DNA from: Desulfomonilia bacterium
Lineage (GTDB): Bacteria; Desulfobacterota; Desulfomonilia; UBA1062
Length of the DNA stretch: 64,000 bases
Direction of reading: 5' to 3'
Assembly (NCBI GenBank): GCA_050014195.1
Contig: JBEKDT010000019.1
Span: forward strand, 27,973 to 91,972
Shown: positions 57,362 to 64,000 of the stretch, in pieces
Layout of the letters: every line of letters begins with the position of its first letter
How positions within the stretch are numbered: position 1 is the stretch's first letter
Position numbers and translations under genes: made by a program
The notes under the pieces: model-generated
What the model was told of the DNA's origin: nothing
The model's input: the letters and a program-made list of their open reading frames with translations, nothing else
Databases searched by the model: none

Positions 57362-58396
57362 ATGGAAGTGCTCCAGACACTGCAGATAACATGGTTCGCA
57401 TTATGGGGTATCCTCTGGGCCGTGTATTTCATGCTCGACGGCTTCGTGCTCGGTGCCGGCATGCTCCACAATTTCCTGGCGAAAAATGAGAATGAAAAGA
57501 AGGCCATGGTCGCTATTGTAGGACCCGTATGGAACGGCAACGAGGTCTGGCTCATCACTGCGGGAGGGGCCACCTTCGCCGCCTTCCCCACGACGTATGC
57601 CCTCATGTTCAGCTACCTCTATACCGCCCTGCTCCTGCTCCTGTTTGCTCTGATCATCCGCGGTGTATCCCTGGAATTCAGGGGAAAGGTGGCCAATGAC
57701 GCCTGGAAGAGGCTCTGGGATATCGGCATCCTCCTGGGCAGCTTCCTGCCCGCATTGCTCCTTGGTGTGGCCTTCGGCAACATCTTTAAAGGACTGCCCA
57801 TGGATGCGGCGGGTTTTCATGGGAACCTGTTCACCCTGCTGAGCCCATACGGGCTTCTCACCGGGATTCTCTTCGTGGCGTTATTCTTGGTGCATGGGGC
57901 TATTTATGCCTCGGTCAAGACCGGCGAAGACTTAAGCGCACGAGCCAAGGATTTTGCAGATAAGGCCTGGGCGGTGCTTCTGATCGTTGCCGTGGCGTTC
58001 CTTGTGTACACGGCCTTTGCCACCAGGCTTTTCCTGAACTATATGAGCACCCCCGTCCTCTTCCTGGTCCCCCTTATCGCAGTGGCCGCCCTCATCCTGA
58101 CCAAGGTCTTTCTGACCAGGGGTGATGCCCTGAAGGCCTTTGCCGCCTCGTGCGCCACCATCGTGATGGTCTGTTTCACCGGCGTCATCGGGCTGTTTCC
58201 AAATCTTATCCCGTCCAGCCTCGATCCGGCATACAGCATGACAATCTATAACTCGTCCTCCAGCAAGTTGACGCTGGCCATTATGACCGCTGTCGCGCTC
58301 ATCTTCGTGCCCATCGTCATCGCATACAAGATCTGGGTGTACCGGGTGTTCAGGGAAAAGATCTCGCCCGGGGAGGCTGCCGGAGAGACTTACTAG
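57362..58396 (+). CDS. cydB: cytochrome bd ubiquinol oxidase subunit II
   Basis: LDGF..G, GPVWNGNEVWL, FAAFP. Confidence 0.97.
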   Translation: MEVLQTLQITWFALWGILWAVYFMLDGFVLGAGMLHNFLAKNENEKKAMVAIVGPVWNGNEVWLITAGGATFAAFPTTYALMFSYLYTALLLLLFALIIRGVSLEFRGKVANDAWKRLWDIGILLGSFLPALLLGVAFGNIFKGLPMDAAGFHGNLFTLLSPYGLLTGILFVALFLVHGAIYASVKTGEDLSARAKDFADKAWAVLLIVAVAFLVYTAFATRLFLNYMSTPVLFLVPLIAVAALILTKVFLTRGDALKAFAASCATIVMVCFTGVIGLFPNLIPSSLDPAYSMTIYNSSSSKLTLAIMTAVALIFVPIVIAYKIWVYRVFREKISPGEAAGETY

Positions 58397-58408
58397 GCCT
58401 ATCAAGGA

Positions 58409-58534
58409 GTAGGAGCGGCTTTAGCCGCGACATCCAAAAATGGGTCGCGCCTGAAGGCGCTCCTACATCTCCATAATATGTTGCATGTTGTAGAAGCGGC
58501 TTAAGCCGGGATAATCGCGCCGGAAGGTACCTAC
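58409..58534. repeat. GTAG-type REP cluster (two pairs)
   Basis: GTAGGAGCGGCTTTAGCCGCGA / TCGCGCCTGAAGGCGCTCCTAC plus a degenerate second pair. Confidence 0.85.
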
Positions 58535-59931
58535 CTGACCGCATCCACGATATCAGCGATGAACCGGCCCTGGTCCCAGTTCTCGTCGGGATCGCTCAAC
58601 CCGAGGCGGACGATGACGAGTTTTTTCGAGGGCACCATGGATACATACTGTCCCTCAAAGCCGGCCAGGGAGTACATGTCTGGCGGGGCCCCGGGCATCC
58701 ACCTTTCATCCGGATTACCCGTATCACCTGCATTCAGCCAGAACTGGGCGCCGTACTTGCGTTTGGGGGCCTTGGGCGTGGGGGTTGTGCTGTACTTCAT
58801 CCACCCCTCGGGCAGGATGCGCTCTGCGTGCCATATACCGTCGTCGAGACAGAGCAGGCCGAAGCGCGCCCAGTCGCGCGCGGTTGCATACATGAAAGAA
58901 GAGCCCACGAAGGTACCGGAGGGGTCGGGCTCCATGACGGCACTTGCCATACCGATCTTATCGAACAGTGCATGGTGGGGAAAGACGAAATAATCGCGCA
59001 GAGATCCGCCCAGAGTTTGACGGACAATACGGGATATGATGTTCGCAGTCCCGCTCGAGTATTGCCAGCGGGAATCAGGCGCGACCTCTAGGGGCATCGA
59101 GGTGGCGAAGGCCCCGGCATCGGACCGTAAAAAGAGCATCCGAACCACGTCCGAGAACGGGTCTTTGTAGTCTTCCTTGAACTTGAGCCCGCTGCTCATG
59201 CGCATGAGCTCGTCTAAGGTTATGGCGCCGCGGGGGTCGCCGGGGGAGCGCCACTCAGATACAGGAGCCGGGTCTTTCAGTCTGAGCCTGCCTTCCTTGA
59301 CAAGGATGCCCACAAGGGCGTTCGTTATGCTCTTGGTCATGGACCAGCCGAGCTGCGGGGTGTCTCTGGTAAAGCCTAAGGCGTAATGCTCGGCAACGAT
59401 CCTGCCGTCATAGAGCACGATCACGGCCCGGGTCCTGCGGAGCCTTGCAGGGTCGGGTTCAATGAAGGCCGCCTCTACGACCTTTTTGAGCTTCGAGCCG
59501 TCGATGATCTTGGGCAGAGGTTCGTCCCGAATCAAGTCGCCGTCGGGCCAGGGGATATTTTCCCTATCCTCATGGACAGCCGTAAACCCGGCAGGTTGTT
59601 TTCTGAGAGCCTCAACACTCATACCCGCGGCAAGGGTGCAGCCGAGCCCATCCCGGTATAGGGCCGTGCGCTTTGCCATGCCGAGTATGGAACCGGTCAC
59701 GGTCTTGTTTTTGTAGTCTATGTCCGTACTGATGTAGCCGTACTTGCCGAGCTCCTCACGGAGCACCGAGGAAGGGTCGCGATGCGCCACAAAGACACAT
59801 GAGCACATGCGCTTGGCTGTATAGGCCGTGCCCACGGGCGCCACCTCGAGCATCAGGAAGGTGAATGCACCACAGCCAAGGACAACGAGCACGCCAAGGG
59901 CCCCGAGCAGCCATCGCAATGATCTCTTCAT
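58531..59931 (-). CDS. serine hydrolase, beta-lactamase-related
   Basis: WSMTKS (SxxK), LMRMSSGL, WQYSSG, ARDWARFG, GFEGQ. Confidence 0.9.
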   Translation of the reverse strand: MKRSLRWLLGALGVLVVLGCGAFTFLMLEVAPVGTAYTAKRMCSCVFVAHRDPSSVLREELGKYGYISTDIDYKNKTVTGSILGMAKRTALYRDGLGCTLAAGMSVEALRKQPAGFTAVHEDRENIPWPDGDLIRDEPLPKIIDGSKLKKVVEAAFIEPDPARLRRTRAVIVLYDGRIVAEHYALGFTRDTPQLGWSMTKSITNALVGILVKEGRLRLKDPAPVSEWRSPGDPRGAITLDELMRMSSGLKFKEDYKDPFSDVVRMLFLRSDAGAFATSMPLEVAPDSRWQYSSGTANIISRIVRQTLGGSLRDYFVFPHHALFDKIGMASAVMEPDPSGTFVGSSFMYATARDWARFGLLCLDDGIWHAERILPEGWMKYSTTPTPKAPKRKYGAQFWLNAGDTGNPDERWMPGAPPDMYSLAGFEGQYVSMVPSKKLVIVRLGLSDPDENWDQGRFIADIVDAVR

Positions 59932-60143
59932 GCAATCCTCCCCTTGAAAACGATCGTTTCCGGATAATAAACAGCGACATCCTTTCCATAAAAGGCTAAC
60001 AGCATGCACGGAAAATGCAAGGACTTTGCAGGGGATCATGCCCGTTCCGTCGCCGGATGCCGGCCTTGGCAATGGATAAGCGGGAAGCTCTTCAGCGAGG
60101 CAGATCTTAGAAGAATCAAGAGGGCTTAATAGCCCGTGGATAT

Positions 60144-60206
60144 GTGAAGATCAACCGACGAAATATTCAAGAGAGCCTTAGTGTCACTCTTGACACGATA
60201 GCTTCA
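60144..60206 (+). repeat. cassette-boundary repeat, copy B3 (short class, degenerate)
   Basis: GTGAAGAT-N11-ATATTCA...TGACACGATA; 29/45 ungapped identity to B1 reverse complement. Confidence 0.65.
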
Positions 60207-60465
60207 GCTTTGACCAAACATAGATGTGATCCCTTTGTGAATCACTGACACTCACTGTTGACTGCATCCTCAAATCAGCTTGGTTTGCCATTATTGGATT
60301 GGGGAGCAGGGTAAACCCACTCTCCCGAGCAGATTAAGCTCATTCTTTAATAAATGAATGTCAGTATATTTGTTGCAATATTTTCAATATCATTGTATAA
60401 TATTCTCCGTTTAATTGAAATTTAATAATTCTGGGTCCGTTAAAAACCATTTAGGGGGGTATATC

Positions 60466-61419
60466 ATGTTTAACAATTGTTTCTACAGCATCACTAGGGC
60501 TCTTGTGACTTTGTTTATTCTCTGTCTTCTTGTTGGCTGTGGCGGTGGAGGTGGCGGAACTACAGCAACAAATACCTCAACTGAATCGGCGAGCTCAATA
60601 ACAGGCATGGGGTGGTACTTCGAAAACAGTGCACTTGATTACTATAACAATGGCTCGACATGCACTTTGAAGGTTTTTTTGTATTACAGCGAATCGATTA
60701 CCACGGATGACATCGAGAGTGTCAGCGTGACTGCGCCCAATGGGAGTAGATGGTCAATTGCATTGTCGAATAGCCCTTTTGGTACCAGTAGCACGGGAAA
60801 ACCTTATATTATTGGTAGTCTTTTATATAGTGATAACCCAAATGCGTTCCCACTTGCGGGCATCTGGACTGTAGAGATCACGCTGAAGGAAGGTAAGACT
60901 TTATCGTTTCAGCGAACTCTCCATGAGCCGGGTAGCACAGATGATGCAACGCACCAATACCTATATACGAAGGAGGACTGGGCACCTTCTACGAATCCGT
61001 CGCAGTACATCGCGGCACTCAGTCGCTTTCCTTCACAGGGCTACACAGTACAATACTCTGCAGACGATGGTGGTAGTATAACGACCACAGGATTCTCTGC
61101 GGTGAGGTCGAGTTTCCTGGCAGCCGAGCCGAGAGCGTACAATATGTATTGCTGGCTTTATGATGCTAATTATACCTACCTCGGTAGAACAAATCCGGAA
61201 TATTCGACGCTGGATCATTCAAGTACAAACCTGATAACCGCAGACGGAGAAATCTTTATCGTGCCAGCGTCCACAATATCATCGGCCGGGTCTGGGTATG
61301 TTGACCTGTCCAAGGTTAAGTACATCAGATTTGTGAACACAGACGGTGCCCAATACGCGCCGTCGTCGTATTCGAGTATAGACTACCGCTCAATCTCGTC
61401 TCTCGTAGCACTGAATTGA
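60466..61419 (+). CDS. hypothetical lipoprotein
   Basis: LVGCGGGGGG lipobox, Ser/Thr-rich beta-type sequence. Confidence 0.8.
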   Translation: MFNNCFYSITRALVTLFILCLLVGCGGGGGGTTATNTSTESASSITGMGWYFENSALDYYNNGSTCTLKVFLYYSESITTDDIESVSVTAPNGSRWSIALSNSPFGTSSTGKPYIIGSLLYSDNPNAFPLAGIWTVEITLKEGKTLSFQRTLHEPGSTDDATHQYLYTKEDWAPSTNPSQYIAALSRFPSQGYTVQYSADDGGSITTTGFSAVRSSFLAAEPRAYNMYCWLYDANYTYLGRTNPEYSTLDHSSTNLITADGEIFIVPASTISSAGSGYVDLSKVKYIRFVNTDGAQYAPSSYSSIDYRSISSLVALN

Positions 61420-61432
61420 AGGGGAACGAAAG

Positions 61433-61548
61433 CATAGATCTCTGCGATTTCTTCTTGGTTTTAGGATGACAGAAAATTGAAGATCTTGGGATTAAACATA
61501 CGAAACTATCCCTTCATATCAGAGCGTGTCCTCTGGCACGATATCAAT
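61433..61548 (+). repeat. cassette-boundary repeat, copy E5 (full, long class)
   Basis: 36/45 ungapped identity to E2 from CTGCGAT to GAAGATCT; ends TGGCACGATATCAAT; 13 bp after stop. Confidence 0.9.
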
Positions 61549-61613
61549 ACTTTTCGCAGATTGATTTTAGGAGAAAATAGGATCAGAGTGAATTATTTTC
61601 CATCAAGAAAAAA

Positions 61614-61944
61614 GGTTCTTCGCTGTGAAGCGTACTTTTTATGAAGCTCTAAAGATATATTGAGGCATATTGTTTTCACCACGAAGGACACGAAGAGCAC
61701 GAAGAAAAGTATATAACAAAAAGCTTAACACCTGTACGAAGCATTCTTTACGTCGAAGCTGATTAGAAGGCCTGTCTTGACACCTGCCAAATTCATTTAG
61801 GATACTATGGACCTCAATGGCACAGCCAATAACCGGTTCGAGAGTTCAAAAGAATTTGATCCTTCGTGTCCTTCGTGCTCTTCGTGGTAAGATATCCCTC
61901 TGCATGCTCATCAATGATCTGGGTATGCTTTGCTGTGATGAAAC
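61614..61944. mobile_element. MITE-like element, copy 2, carrying an internally deleted GxxExxY gene
   Basis: arms match 25478-25722; minus strand gives ELSN/VIGCAIEVH and LAGVKTGLLISFDV fragments. Confidence 0.8.
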
Positions 61945-62051
61945 AGAAAAAATGAACTCTGGCCTCATTTTTAATTTGAAATTAATTCAGTGAGCATACC
62001 ATGCTCTGTGTTTTTATATCCACGTATATTAGTTTCATGAAAGGAGGGTGT

Positions 62052-62924
62052 ATGGCTTCAAGGGGAATATCTATTCCAGGAATAATGCTTATTCTTTTAC
62101 TGGCCCTTACCGGCTGTAGCCTAAAGGTCATGACCGTAAGATCCATGTACCCTATCATGGATGACATGAGAACTGCGGTGAACATGAACCCGGATGTCGA
62201 TTTGATGCGGGATGCAATGCCCGCAAGCCTCGTCCAACTCGACGGTTTCATTGTGGCAGTACCGGATGACACATTGATTCTACGGGCGGCTGAAAGCTAC
62301 TTCGGATATGCAAATGCCTTTGTGGAAGATACGGATAAGGAGCGGGCCGGCCTCCTCTACCTGAAGGCAAGGGATTATGGCCTTCGGGTACTGAAAGGAT
62401 ATTCTCAATTCTCAAAGGCCCTTGATGGGCCGGAGCCCGCCTTCAAGGAGATGCTCTACGGTTTTGGCGCCGGCGACGTGCCTGCCCTTTTCTGGACGGC
62501 CAACAGCTGGCTTGCCTGGATCGGGCTGAATCCCGATGATCCGCAGGCCATGATGGATCTGCCCAAGGTTATAGACATGCTGCAACGGGTGGTCGAGGTC
62601 GACGAAACATTTTACTATGGGAGCGCCCATGCCGCACTCGGGGCATACTATGCCTCCCTGCCCGGGTTGCTTGGTGACAACACTGCCAAAGCGAAGGAGC
62701 ACTTTGATAAAGCATTCGAGATCTCAAGGGGCAAGATGCTGCTCATGTACTACTTATATGCAAAGTTTTATGCCTACAAGATCCAGGATCGTGATCTGTT
62801 CGTCAAGACCCTTGAGAAGATCATCCAGACGCCGAGCGATAAATATCCGGACATGGCCTTTGCGAACGAGCTGGCCAAGAGGAAGGCAAAAGTCCTTTTG
62901 GGCAAGATTGATACGTATTTCTAG
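62052..62924 (+). CDS. TRAP transporter TatT-component lipoprotein
   Basis: LTGC lipobox; D..L.RDAMPA.L, FGYANAFVE, LFWTA..W; upstream of DctP. Confidence 0.9.
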   Translation: MASRGISIPGIMLILLLALTGCSLKVMTVRSMYPIMDDMRTAVNMNPDVDLMRDAMPASLVQLDGFIVAVPDDTLILRAAESYFGYANAFVEDTDKERAGLLYLKARDYGLRVLKGYSQFSKALDGPEPAFKEMLYGFGAGDVPALFWTANSWLAWIGLNPDDPQAMMDLPKVIDMLQRVVEVDETFYYGSAHAALGAYYASLPGLLGDNTAKAKEHFDKAFEISRGKMLLMYYLYAKFYAYKIQDRDLFVKTLEKIIQTPSDKYPDMAFANELAKRKAKVLLGKIDTYF

Positions 62925-62950
62925 GTTACAGGAGCATAATGGGGGCGTCG

Positions 62951-64000
62951 ATGATGAAAAGATTGGGAATGATACTTACTGTTGGAATAGTTTTCTTCAC
63001 TGCAGCGGGCATCTGCTTTGCTGCCGATGAGCCCAAGGTCGTCATCAAGATGGCCTCCATTGCACCCAAAGGCAGCAATATTGCAAGTTACTTTGATGAG
63101 ATCGGAAAACAGATTAAGGAGAAGACCAATAATGAGGTGGCATTCAAGATGTACTGGGGCGGTGTCCAGGGTGATGAAAAAGACATGCTCAGGAAGATCA
63201 AGCTCGGCCAACTCCACGGCGGAGGCTTCATGGGGCCCGGTCTGGGACTTATTGTCCCTGAGGTGAGGATTACGGAGGTCCCCTACCTCTTCAGGAATTA
63301 TGAAGAAATCGGGTATGTCAGGGTAAAGCTGCAGCCCTCCATGGAGAAGCTTTTTGAAGAGAAGGGTTTCAAGGTTCTCGGATGGATGGATCTCGGGTTT
63401 CTCTATACCTTCTCGAAAGAACCTTTGCTTTCACTGGAGATAGCACGCAAGCAAAAGTGGTGGACCATGGAGGGAGAACCCATCGGACAGGCCATGTTTG
63501 CAGCGCTGGGCATATCACCCGTGTCCCTGTCCATATCTGATGTTGCTACATCGCTCTCCACGAACATGATCGACTGCGCGAACAGCACCCCGTTCGGTGC
63601 CGTTGCATTTCAGTGGTATTCGCGGTTCAAGTACATGTCGAGCTACCCCACGGGCAACCTTCTGGGGGCTACGATTATCAGCAAAAGTGTGTGGGACAAG
63701 ATATCGCCTGCCAGCCAGAAGATTATGCTGGATATTGCCAAGAAGGAACAGGACAAGCTCATCAGGGTCACGAGGGAAGAAGATGCAAAATCCTTAGCGC
63801 TCCTGAAGAAGTCAGGGATCATCATTGTTCCCATTGACCCCAAGAACAAGGATATGCAGTTTGTCTTCGAGGCCTCAAAGAAGGTACGGGAAGGACTTGT
63901 GGGCAAGCTCTATTCCAAGGAACTGTTGGACCGGACCCTGGGGCTTGTGGCCGAGTACCGCCGCGTACACCCCAATGACACCGTAGTCATGCAGGTCGAG
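62951..64000 (+). CDS. dctP: TRAP substrate-binding protein DctP (runs off the window)
   Basis: signal peptide then IKMASIAPKGS...YWGGVQGDEKDMLRKIKLGQLHG; absent from ORF track because no stop in window. Confidence 0.9.
   Translation, partial: MMKRLGMILTVGIVFFTAAGICFAADEPKVVIKMASIAPKGSNIASYFDEIGKQIKEKTNNEVAFKMYWGGVQGDEKDMLRKIKLGQLHGGGFMGPGLGLIVPEVRITEVPYLFRNYEEIGYVRVKLQPSMEKLFEEKGFKVLGWMDLGFLYTFSKEPLLSLEIARKQKWWTMEGEPIGQAMFAALGISPVSLSISDVATSLSTNMIDCANSTPFGAVAFQWYSRFKYMSSYPTGNLLGATIISKSVWDKISPASQKIMLDIAKKEQDKLIRVTREEDAKSLALLKKSGIIIVPIDPKNKDMQFVFEASKKVREGLVGKLYSKELLDRTLGLVAEYRRVHPNDTVVMQVE

Overview
Chromosomal segment of an anaerobic bacterium, probably Desulfobacterota/'Deltaproteobacteria' (inferred from hgcAB, PEP-CTERM with sigma54, TatT-DctP and the repeat families). 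Left to right: SRAP, HU, a Lys-repeat FYDLN protein and flavoproteins; two low-GC cassette-like genes; tandem integrations at tRNA-Asn including an intact ~6.8-kb integrase-bearing satellite-like island (7268-14167); a core block (ilvE, yceD-rpmF-fabD-fabG-acpP-fabF-rpiB-glyA-nrdR-rib-nusB); an uncharacterised glycosyltransferase/methyltransferase/prenyltransferase-like/radical-SAM cluster; PIN-PhoH and feoB with single-base frameshifts; MarR-hgcA-hgcB (mercury methylation); arsR-acr3; Rrf2-cydAB; TatT-DctP. Main signal: a dispersed, degenerate ~105-120 bp site (up to 9 full or half copies) that brackets single accessory genes in a fixed orientation. It has inverted outer boxes, a TGAWGAT-N11-A.. 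core and two spacing classes differing by 10 bp, and looks like a non-integron gene-cassette recombination system. Other highlights: a probable selenocysteine-containing ArsR with a SECIS-like hairpin, a leaderless MarR heading hgcAB, and an unannotated ~175-nt structured RNA. All alignments and folds were done by eye; no database searches were run.
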